Below are positions 1 to 7,156 of a stretch of DNA of 38,562 nucleotides, one piece after another. The position numbers were made by a program, and so were the translations under genes. Position 1 is the first letter of the stretch. Each line of letters opens with the position of its first letter. The DNA is taken from IMG/VR virus record IMGVR_UViG_3300016484_000727, positions 1-38,562 of that record. One strand, written 5' to 3'. The DNA comes from a virus. Lineage: Duplodnaviria > Caudoviricetes. Below the pieces are notes generated by a model, which was not told the origin of the DNA, searched no databases, and saw only the letters and a program-made list of their open reading frames with translations.

Positions 1-20
1 GCGATCAGGCGGGCGTTGGC
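1..20. repeat. 20-nt terminal direct repeat (circular-assembly overlap), copy 1
   Basis: GCGATCAGGCGGGCGTTGGC at 1-20 is identical to 38543-38562. Confidence 0.95.
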
Positions 21-161
21 TTCCGCCTCCTCCGCCGGTTCATCTGCCACGCCAAATGCGTTTGCGACAAGTCTCGTGGGGCTTTGAATGACATACCTGT
101 ACTGCAAGTTATCATTGTAGCCTGAGCGGCCAAGCGTCCATGGCCCTGGTGTATGTTTCAC
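1..161 (-). CDS. 5' part of a junction-spanning phage protein (KHTPGPW...ANARLIAAAPELL type), 105 aa in total
   Basis: Manual translation from GTG at 161 (GGAGG upstream) gives MKHTPGPWTLGRSG...EANARLI, which continues in frame at 38542 as AAAPELLAAC... to TGA at 38386. Not in the supplied track because it crosses the ends. Confidence 0.85.
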   Translation of the reverse strand, partial: MKHTPGPWTLGRSGYNDNLQYRYVIQSPTRLVANAFGVADEPAEEAEANARLI

Positions 162-162
162 A

Positions 163-387
163 TCAACCTCCTATTCTATGCCAGCCCTTGCGCACCAACA
201 CGGCGCGGGCGTTTCTGTACATGCTGCGGTGGACAAGAATTTCACCGCGCGTACCTGTGCCAATATCGACTTGATAATCAGCACTCTCTAAATCACGTCT
301 CAGGTCTAAATCGTTGCCCCGCACCGTCGCGAACAAAAACCATTTATCCGAAGCCGCGTAGTCGTATGTGATATATTCGGGTTTCAC
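163..387 (-). CDS. hypothetical early protein
   Basis: 74 aa; start overlaps the upstream stop; part of a tightly packed leftward operon. Confidence 0.65.
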   Translation of the reverse strand: MKPEYITYDYAASDKWFLFATVRGNDLDLRRDLESADYQVDIGTGTRGEILVHRSMYRNARAVLVRKGWHRIGG

Positions 388-605
388 AAAGCGGCACCAT
401 CAAATTGACGTACCGAATGCTTAATGTCCGCCAGCAGGTCGGACGCCCATCCGACGAATACATTAACGCGCGACTGACCACCATATTTAGGTCGCTGCCA
501 CACATGCACACTGCCGTCGCGTTTGATGACAACACGCTCGACATTGTGTTGATTGTGACGGGCGTTAATGAGCGCGATGATGATTCTACGCTGTGCTCTG
601 GTCAT
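384..605 (-). CDS. hypothetical basic early protein
   Basis: 73 aa; AGGAG RBS upstream. Confidence 0.7.
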   Translation of the reverse strand: MTRAQRRIIIALINARHNQHNVERVVIKRDGSVHVWQRPKYGGQSRVNVFVGWASDLLADIKHSVRQFDGAAL

Positions 606-634
606 TGTCTCATTCTCCTAGCTGTTGTCGTTGC

Positions 635-994
635 CTAGTGCGCGGTATATAGAAACGCTGCGGTTTTCTCGCCGGCGGCGTCATTGTAAACGTCGTATTC
701 AGCGACAAGCGCGCCCTCGTTCAAAAGATACTCCGCCACGGCTTCGGAGAGCTCTTGCCCTTCATCGGCCCCAACGTTGTATTCTTGTGCAATATCTTTC
801 GCGGTACCCTCATAAAATTCGCAACATAGGGCTATCACATCAAGCTTGATGGGTACGCCTTGCGCTGCCGCCAGCTCGTTAAGATGCTCGTACAGCGCTT
901 TCCGGCCCTCGTAACTGTATTGATCCGTGCGGCCCATGCGCTCGAACGCATCATGGAAGGCGGATTCATTTATTTGTTGATAGATATAAGACAT
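635..994 (-). CDS. conserved-looking acidic phage protein of unknown function
   Basis: 119 aa; GAGGAG RBS; motif FHDAF..MGR.DQYSYEG..AL...LDVIALCCEF resembles a recurrent phage hypothetical family (from memory). Confidence 0.75.
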   Translation of the reverse strand: MSYIYQQINESAFHDAFERMGRTDQYSYEGRKALYEHLNELAAAQGVPIKLDVIALCCEFYEGTAKDIAQEYNVGADEGQELSEAVAEYLLNEGALVAEYDVYNDAAGEKTAAFLYTAH

Positions 995-997
995 CGT

Positions 998-1028
998 TCA
1001 TTCTCCTCTGAGTGTTATGTTACGCCAC
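998..1028 (-). repeat. 31-bp intergenic/RBS block, identical to 38330-38360
   Basis: GTGGCGTAACATAACACTCAGAGGAGAATGA on the minus strand at both loci; a 21-bp overlapping variant is shared by 599-619 and 38319-38339. Confidence 0.9.
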
Positions 1029-1087
1029 AAAAGCGGTTTTTTCGGTTGTGGTGCTTACCGGGGGTTCATTCTCCTTTCTTGTTGTGG

Positions 1088-1408
1088 TTAAGCGGCAAAT
1101 AAACTCAAAGCGAGCGATTTGACCTCGCCGCACATGACGGCATAAGACTTCGGACGATTCACCCATTTTTCATCGTTACTGGCGAGGGCTTGCAAGTAAA
1201 AACGCTTGCCGTTTTCGGTGCGGCTCACACTTACCGGACCAAATCCGTCTTTTCGTATAAATACGCGCTCCTGACCGGTCAGGTCGCTAAGATACACGCC
1301 GTTTTTCGCGACCCTGTATATCCCGTTCGCAGTCCCATCAGATTCGAACAGCGTTTTCACTGCATCTGCTGCTGACCTTGTATATTTTTTTCCGTATAAC
1401 GTGATCAT
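1088..1408 (-). CDS. hypothetical early protein
   Basis: 106 aa; GAGG RBS upstream; protein-like composition. Confidence 0.7.
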   Translation of the reverse strand: MITLYGKKYTRSAADAVKTLFESDGTANGIYRVAKNGVYLSDLTGQERVFIRKDGFGPVSVSRTENGKRFYLQALASNDEKWVNRPKSYAVMCGEVKSLALSLFAA

Positions 1409-1411
1409 TCT

Positions 1412-1495
1412 CTAACCCTCAACCTGTTTCAGCCAGTCAGCCATGGCGGCTTTATGGCGGGCGGCAAGGATTATTTTCCGTAATATCCTAGTCAT
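1412..1495 (-). CDS. 27-aa first ORF of the leftward early operon
   Basis: Manual translation MTRILRKIILAARHKAAMADWLKQVEG*; GAAAGG upstream; lies just downstream of the 1540-1568 promoter. Confidence 0.45.
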   Translation of the reverse strand: MTRILRKIILAARHKAAMADWLKQVEG

Positions 1496-1539
1496 CGTGT
1501 TAACCTTTCATGACCGGCCCCTGATCGGACCGTGTGCAC

Positions 1540-1568
1540 ATAATGTCCATTATTTTCCAGATTGTCAA
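1540..1568 (-). promoter_or_regulatory. leftward early sigma70-type promoter overlapped by an operator-like palindrome
   Basis: TTGACA (1568-1563), 17-nt spacer, CATTAT (1545-1540). Confidence 0.65.
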
Positions 1569-1622
1569 GCGGTATTTTCCACTCAGTCAAAAAAAAATTC
1601 GGATTGTCATAATGCAGCACGA

Positions 1623-2307
1623 TAAGTTATTGTTTTTATTGACTTGAGCCGCGAATTGTGACGTTTGTGACAGTCGAGGGGTCTTTCATCGTCGCTAAAA
1701 ATTCGCATTGTCACGGTTAATCAAACCCAACATACACTCACAACCACATGGCATCCACTCGCCCATTTTGTCAGCATACAATTCAACCCATTGTTTTTTC
1801 TAGTCATATATCTAAAACTAAGATTATGGGTGGAGGATTCTTAGAAAGTTCACGGTTGTCGTGATAGTGTAATGCCGTGAAGGTTATGTTAAAATCAGCC
1901 TGAATAAAGTCCTAAAAACAAAAAGAAGTCTTTAAAGCCGGTGTTTTGGGTGCATGATCTGTATGCGAGGCTGCCTCATAAGGGATTGCGAGGGCTAAAT
2001 GTAATGTATTTTCAGATATGCGGCATTACATGCACACAGATTGGAAAATTTGCTGTCACATTTTTCATAATGCATTCATACTGTGGCTGCTGTATCTGTT
2101 TGTTTTTATTGGCTTATTTCCAATTAGGATTAAATGTGCTGTGTCATAAAAAAAATTATACGTGTGCAAACAGACGTGTTCCACACGTATAACATAAGTT
2201 CACCGACTTGTCAACGGGTGCAACAATATATTCATGCGGCCAGAACCGCGTTTCTGTGGCGCGAAAACCTAAGTCATTGTTTTTATTGGGGCTAAAACGC
2301 GAATTGT
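1623..2307. repeat. two imperfect ~37-bp direct repeats containing IHF-like sites, in the AT-rich non-coding region
   Basis: TAAGTYATTGTTTTTATTG-N8/9-CGCGAATTGT at 1623-1659 and 2270-2307; reverse strand AAACAA-N4-TTA is one mismatch from WATCAA-N4-TTR. Confidence 0.55.
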
Positions 2308-2495
2308 TTTTCGCATGTGAATAGCTATCACACAACCCATTGTAATCGTTGCCTTTTCGTACGATGGGTATTATGGGAAATCAACCCCCCCCTATCAAAT
2401 TCAGCGATACACCCCCCACCCCCCCAAGACCCCCTCCCGTCATTTTATATTTATGGGTCCCTCCCGCCCCATATTGTCGGTATTTTTAACCCTGG

Positions 2496-2523
2496 TTTAC
2501 AATCTGTAAAATCCTGTTATGAT
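2496..2523 (+). promoter_or_regulatory. rightward promoter of the packaging/structural operon (probably leaderless terS mRNA)
   Basis: TTTACA (2496-2501), 16 nt, TGn-TATGAT (2518-2523); 6 nt separate the -10 from the ATG at 2530; no SD. Confidence 0.6.
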
Positions 2524-2529
2524 GCGGCT

Positions 2530-2907
2530 ATGAGTTTAAACCGTGACAACATGGCGCGAGTACGAGCTGCGGCTATGCAGGTATTTGAGGACCTGGGTGG
2601 TGTGCAGGGTATGTTGGACTGGGCGCGTGAGAATCAGACGGTATTTTATCAGAAGGTGTTACCTGTTTTGGTGAAGCAGGATGGTTCGGATGTGGACCGT
2701 GTATCTGGAGCTATGGGTGGTTTAAGGATTAATATCAACATGGACGGCCAGAGTCGGCTGGACATGATGTCCGACACCGTGGGTCCGGTGATTGAGGGTG
2801 CTGGGAGTGGTTTGATGGGGCCTGTGTCGCGTCCGAGTGATGAGATGGTTCACGAGGTCCGGTCGTTGGGTGATGTTGTGATTATGGTGGATGAGCCGGG
2901 TGCGTAG
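2530..2907 (+). CDS. terS: putative terminase small subunit
   Basis: Directly upstream of terL; helical motif VFEDLGGVQGMLDWAREN.TVFY; start moved from 2317 to ATG 2530. Confidence 0.6.
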   Translation: MSLNRDNMARVRAAAMQVFEDLGGVQGMLDWARENQTVFYQKVLPVLVKQDGSDVDRVSGAMGGLRININMDGQSRLDMMSDTVGPVIEGAGSGLMGPVSRPSDEMVHEVRSLGDVVIMVDEPGA

Positions 2908-2950
2908 GATGTGGTGTGTTGGTTTCCGTGGTGTGTGCCGCGTCTAAGAA

Positions 2951-5344
2951 GTGGAGTGGGTGGTCGTGGAAATAAACTGGACGCCTCCTGGTCCTGTGGC
3001 GGCTGCGTTTATGCGCAGTGAGGCGTTTGTGCGTGGTTTGATGGGGCCTGTGGGTTGCGTGTCTGGTGACACGTTAGTGGTGACGGAGTATGGTGTTATT
3101 CCCATCTCTGATATAGATCGGCCAATGCGCGTTCTATCGTGGAACGACAAGACAAATCAATTCCAGCTTTCTTGGTGTGGTGGTTCGTTCCCAAAAGGTA
3201 TTGACTATCTGCACCAAATTTCAACGCCGCACGGAGAATTTGCTGCAAGCGGACATCACCAGACTTACGGCGCACAGCGTAGCTATCGACGGGTTGATGG
3301 TCTGGCGTGTGGTGACGTTTTGTTGCGATGCTCAGACGTCCTAGGCGTGACATCCGTTTTGGTTTCCCGGTTATTGTCTGGCGAAGGTGTTCCGCATTCG
3401 ATTCAAAAAGCCGTAAATTATCTGGGTGATTATGCAGCGTTAGCCCGTCAATATGGTCAACGATTTCTGACGGGAGAAGGTAGCGTCCAAGCTTCTGTTC
3501 CATTACGAGGCGGTGTTCGTAAATTAATTTTGTTTGGCGGTTTGTCCTTAGCCGCGCGTATGGGTGATCGTTGGGAGCGGTTACGAGAACGTATCCGTCA
3601 TGGTCTATCCGCCGTCCTGTGGAGAATTGGTGGTTCTTCTCTCCGTTTTGTGCCCCACAATTGGGTCTTGGAAGGTTTTTCTGAAAAATCACCCTTCGGA
3701 TATAGCGTGGGGAAACCGGGACCAAGCGGGCTATCTCGGTTGATGTCCGCACTCCATCTGAGAGCTGAATTATCATCTGGGTGTTTTGGTTCATGTGTTG
3801 GCTCCATATCCGAAGGGGCCATTAAACGTGTGAGGCGTGAAGCTGTCAAGCGTGCATACTGGGACATGCAGGTTCTTGATACGAATAACTATGTTACTGT
3901 TGATGGTACCATCCACCATAACAGTGGCAAGTCGACTGCGTGTGTGTTTGAGATTTTGAAGCGTGCGATGACGATGTCTCCGGGTGTGGATGGCAAGAGG
4001 CGGAGTCGTTGGATTGTGGCGCGTAACACGTATCCGGAATTGAAGACGACGACGATTCCGACGTGGCACCAGTGGGTGCCGAGTACGATGGGTCGGTGGA
4101 TTGGTGAGGGTCCGCCGCGTCACATTATTGAGACGCCGGATCTGGAGATAGAGGTGGTGTTTCTGAGCTTGGACAAGGCGGATGATATTAAGAAGTTGTT
4201 GTCGTTCGAGGTGACTGGGATTTGGCTGAACGAGGCGCGTGAGTTACCGTTTAGTGTGTTGGAGGGCGCGTCTAGCCGGGTTGGTCGTTTCACGAAGGGG
4301 TTAGCGCCGGGTCAGCAGTCGTCATGGGCGGGTGTGATTATGGACACGAACCCACCGGACACGGACCACTGGTGGTATACGTTGGCGGAGCGTGCGACGG
4401 ATACGGATCGTCGCCGTGAGATTGTAAATAGTATTTCTGAGACTGAGGATGGTCTGCGGTCGCTGGGGTTACTGGGGCAGGATCAGCCGTTGTATGAGTT
4501 TTTCCGGCAGCCCGGCGGTTTGAGTGAGGGTGCGGAGAACGAGGAGGGGCTGGCGAAGGTTCCTGGTGGTCGTAAATCGTATTACATGAAGGCGTCGGCG
4601 GGGAAGAGTGATGCCTGGCGTCGGATTTATATTGATGGCGAGTATGGGTATATCCAGGATGGTAAGCCGGTGTACCCTGAGTATAGGGACAGTGAGCACT
4701 GTGGGGAGACGGTGATTGCGCCGAGGGTGCCGGTTCACATCGGGATGGATTTTGGTTTAACCCCAGCGGCTGTGTTTGGTCAGCGGATTCCGAGTGGGCA
4801 GTGGTTGGTACACAGGGAGCTGGTGAACGACCGTGCGTCACTGGCGGAGTTCGCGCGTCAGATCCTGCGGATGTATAACGATGAGTTTAAGGATTGCCCG
4901 ATTGGCTCGATTACGGGTGACCCGAGTGGGCAGGCTGGGCAGGCGGGTGATGAGAGTGCGCGGAATGTGTTTGAGATCCTGAAAGCGTCTGGATTGCGTG
5001 CGAAACCAGCCCCGTCGAATGACCCGACCTTGCGGATTGAATCTGTGGCGCGGGTCCTGAGGGTGCGGGATGGGTTTAAGATGAACCCGAAATGCCGTGT
5101 GTTGCGTAAGGGTTTCATAGGGGCGTATCGATACAGGCGTATGCGCACATCGGGAGATCGGTACGAGGAGAAGCCCGAGAAGAATGATGTGTCTCACGTC
5201 CATGATGCTGGTCAGTATATGTTGTTAGGAGCGGGTGAGGGCCGTGTATTGATGCGGGCGGATACTGGTCTGTACATGCCGGATGGAACGAAGTATATTA
5301 GGCCGACGCGCGTCCGCACAGAGTACGATGAATTTGGGGGGTAG
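2951..5344 (+). CDS. terL: terminase large subunit precursor containing an intein
   Basis: Walker A GPVG|SGKS split by the intein; Walker B IWLNEARE; DTNPP motif; nuclease GMDFG and C-terminal HVHDAGQY. Start may be GTG 2966 (GGAG at 2953-2956). Confidence 0.95.
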   Translation: MEWVVVEINWTPPGPVAAAFMRSEAFVRGLMGPVGCVSGDTLVVTEYGVIPISDIDRPMRVLSWNDKTNQFQLSWCGGSFPKGIDYLHQISTPHGEFAASGHHQTYGAQRSYRRVDGLACGDVLLRCSDVLGVTSVLVSRLLSGEGVPHSIQKAVNYLGDYAALARQYGQRFLTGEGSVQASVPLRGGVRKLILFGGLSLAARMGDRWERLRERIRHGLSAVLWRIGGSSLRFVPHNWVLEGFSEKSPFGYSVGKPGPSGLSRLMSALHLRAELSSGCFGSCVGSISEGAIKRVRREAVKRAYWDMQVLDTNNYVTVDGTIHHNSGKSTACVFEILKRAMTMSPGVDGKRRSRWIVARNTYPELKTTTIPTWHQWVPSTMGRWIGEGPPRHIIETPDLEIEVVFLSLDKADDIKKLLSFEVTGIWLNEARELPFSVLEGASSRVGRFTKGLAPGQQSSWAGVIMDTNPPDTDHWWYTLAERATDTDRRREIVNSISETEDGLRSLGLLGQDQPLYEFFRQPGGLSEGAENEEGLAKVPGGRKSYYMKASAGKSDAWRRIYIDGEYGYIQDGKPVYPEYRDSEHCGETVIAPRVPVHIGMDFGLTPAAVFGQRIPSGQWLVHRELVNDRASLAEFARQILRMYNDEFKDCPIGSITGDPSGQAGQAGDESARNVFEILKASGLRAKPAPSNDPTLRIESVARVLRVRDGFKMNPKCRVLRKGFIGAYRYRRMRTSGDRYEEKPEKNDVSHVHDAGQYMLLGAGEGRVLMRADTGLYMPDGTKYIRPTRVRTEYDEFGG
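3096..3794 (-). CDS. HNH homing endonuclease with N-terminal HTH, encoded antisense inside the intein
   Basis: 232 aa; GYVLV...HPYA...YEHRLVMEQKLGRYL...E.VDHIDG...N...NL..SNAEH is a typical HNH_3-type core; TSTEIARLVPVSPRYIRRV is HTH-like; GGAG 7 nt upstream of the ATG. Confidence 0.92.
   Translation of the reverse strand: MNQNTQMIIQLSDGVRTSTEIARLVPVSPRYIRRVIFQKNLPRPNCGAQNGEKNHQFSTGRRIDHDGYVLVTAPNDHPYARLRTNRQTKLIYEHRLVMEQKLGRYLLPSEIVDHIDGLTLHNHPDNLRLFESNAEHLRQTITGKPKRMSRLGRLSIATKRHHTPDHQPVDSYAVRRKSGDVRLQQILRAALKFGADSQYLLGTNHHTKKAGIDLSCRSTIERALADLYQRWE
3802..3849 (-). promoter_or_regulatory. sigma70 promoter and RBS for the antisense HNH gene
   Basis: TTGACA (3849-3844), exactly 17 nt, TTTAAT (3826-3821); GGAG at 3805-3802. 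Confidence 0.8.
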
Positions 5345-5345
5345 G

Positions 5346-5516
5346 ATGTCACCGAAAGCACCAAAGGCACAGCCGGTTCCTGTGGTAGATGAGGCGTTTA
5401 AGGCGATGCAGGATCAGAACATGTTGATTCGCCGTAAGGGCCGGATGGCGACGTTGATTGCGGGTAAGGGCGGTGCGGCACCGCAGGTGGGGACGAAAAC
5501 CCTGATGGGTCTGTGA
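5346..5516 (+). CDS. small conserved protein upstream of the portal
   Basis: MSPKAPKAQPVPV...RRKGRMATLI...KTLMG; typical size and position for BPP-1/T7-like podoviruses. Confidence 0.75.
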   Translation: MSPKAPKAQPVPVVDEAFKAMQDQNMLIRRKGRMATLIAGKGGAAPQVGTKTLMGL

Positions 5517-7156
5517 TGGGGAACACGGCGGAGTCGATTTTATCCGCGCTGGGGAAGCGCCGGTCTGACCGTGGCACGTTCGAGCAGCACTGGTCTGAGA
5601 TTGCCGAACGTGTATTACCGCAGGCGGGGTATTTTCAGGGGCAGACGGTAACACCGGGTGAGAAGAAATCCCAGCGCGTATTTGATTCCACTGCGATATT
5701 GGCGCTGCCGAGGTTTGCGTCGGCGTGTGAGTCGTTGGTGGTTCCGCGCACGCAGAGGTGGCACGGGTTGGAGACGGGTATACCGGAGCTGGATCGGGAT
5801 AAATCCGTTCGTGGGTATTTGGAGGATGTGACATCGATCCTGTTTAAGTACAGGTATCAGGCGTCCGCGAATTTTGCCGCGAATAAGAACCAGGAGTTTA
5901 TGTATATCGGCGCGTTCGGGAACGGGATAACGTATTCCGATTATGACCCGGTGTTCGGTATGTATTACGTTTCGATCCCGTTGCACGAGTTTTATTTTGA
6001 CGTGGATTATAAAGGCACGGTGGATATGGGGTGGCGGGCGTATAAGCTGACTGCCCGCCAGGCCGCGCAGAAGTTTGGGTTTGATGCGCTGCCGGATCGG
6101 ATAAAGTTGTCCGCGCAGGAGAAGCCTGGGGATGTGTATGAGTTTGTGCACCACGTCTGTCCGAACCCGAAGGTAGATTTGGAGAAGAAGACGTACGAGT
6201 CGTTTCCGTTCCGGTCGTACCACGTTGCGGTGGCGGATCAGAAGATCGTTCGTGAAGGTGGGTACAGGACGTTTCCGTATGCGGTATCGCGGTACTCGGT
6301 GATGAATGACGAGGTGTACGCGCGTGGTCCGGCGTCGTTTGTCCTGCCGGATATTAAGATGGCGAACGAGGTGTCGAAAACGATTCTGCGTGCCGCCCAC
6401 ATGGATGTGATGCCGCCGTTGATGGCGACCGAGGACGCCGTGATGCGGGCGTTCGATTTAACGCCGGGTGCGCTGAATTTTGGTGGTCTGGATGCGATGG
6501 GGAACGAGGCGATTAAACCGCTGAGGATGAACCCGAATATGCAGACGGCTCAGGTGTTGCTGGAAAATTCGCGTCGGGTGATTAACGACGCGTTTCTGAT
6601 TACGTTGTTCCAGATCCTGATTGATACGCCCCAGATGACAGCGACGGAAGCGACGTTGCGTGCGCAGGAGAAGGGCGCGTTGCTGGCACCGACGATGGGT
6701 CAGTTGCAGGTCGGGTTGGGTGTGCAGATTGAGCGTGAGCTGGAACTATTGGGTAATGCCGGTCGGTTACCGCCCGCACCCCCTGCGTTGATGGAAGCGA
6801 TGGATGGTGATGTGAATGTTAGGATTATATACACCGCGCCGCTGAATCGTATGATGCGGGCGGAGGATGCCGTCGGTATATCCCAGACGTTTGCGGCGTT
6901 GGCCCCGTGGGCGGAGTTGGATCAGGGCGTGTTTGACGTGTTTAACAAGCAGCGTGTCGCGGATATTCTGGCGGATGTAAACGGCGTTCCGGTTGCGGCG
7001 CTGAATACGGAAGAGGAAATGGCCGCGCTGGGTGAGGCAAAGGCCGCGCGTGAGCAGGCGAGTATGGCGATCCAGGCGGCACCGGCTGCGGGTGCGTTTG
7101 CGAAGGACATGTCAGAGGCACAGGTAAACATGCGGAATGCCCAGGGTGTTGTCTGA
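5513..7156 (+). CDS. portal (head-tail connector) protein
   Basis: 547 aa; W.EIAE.VLP, FDSTA, GAFGNG, EVYARGPA, MTATE motifs of the podoviral head-tail connector family. Confidence 0.93.
   Translation: MMGNTAESILSALGKRRSDRGTFEQHWSEIAERVLPQAGYFQGQTVTPGEKKSQRVFDSTAILALPRFASACESLVVPRTQRWHGLETGIPELDRDKSVRGYLEDVTSILFKYRYQASANFAANKNQEFMYIGAFGNGITYSDYDPVFGMYYVSIPLHEFYFDVDYKGTVDMGWRAYKLTARQAAQKFGFDALPDRIKLSAQEKPGDVYEFVHHVCPNPKVDLEKKTYESFPFRSYHVAVADQKIVREGGYRTFPYAVSRYSVMNDEVYARGPASFVLPDIKMANEVSKTILRAAHMDVMPPLMATEDAVMRAFDLTPGALNFGGLDAMGNEAIKPLRMNPNMQTAQVLLENSRRVINDAFLITLFQILIDTPQMTATEATLRAQEKGALLAPTMGQLQVGLGVQIERELELLGNAGRLPPAPPALMEAMDGDVNVRIIYTAPLNRMMRAEDAVGISQTFAALAPWAELDQGVFDVFNKQRVADILADVNGVPVAALNTEEEMAALGEAKAAREQASMAIQAAPAAGAFAKDMSEAQVNMRNAQGVV

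Larger units (their letters stand above)
3056..3922 (+). mobile_element. 289-aa intein in the TerL P-loop, with no in-frame endonuclease
   Basis: Starts Cys (CVSGDTLVVTEYG.IPISDI, block A); block B-like GEFAASGHH; block F YWDMQVLDTNNYVT; ends His-Asn followed by Ser+1. Removal restores GPVGSGKS. Confidence 0.95.

Noticed and set aside
1-20. Biological direct terminal repeat
   Set aside because: It is only 20 nt and lies inside a gene, which fits an assembler overlap better.
1016-1069. 17-codon ORF MNPGKHHNRKNRFCGVT on the minus strand
   Set aside because: The ATG is only 1 nt from AGGAG and is part of the repeated RBS block, so it is probably not translated.
1500-2500. CRISPR array or CtrA boxes (TTAA-N7-TTAA) in the non-coding region
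   Set aside because: The repeats are few, imperfect and irregularly spaced, and I saw no full CtrA box by eye.
2317-2529. N-terminal extension of terS in the ORF track
   Set aside because: It runs through the poly-C tract and the promoter, giving low-complexity Pro-rich sequence. ATG 2530 fits better.
3330-3810. In-frame LAGLIDADG or HNH domain in the intein's sense frame
   Set aside because: No such motif is visible. The sense sequence is Gly/Ser/Leu/Arg-rich filler and the endonuclease motifs are on the minus strand.
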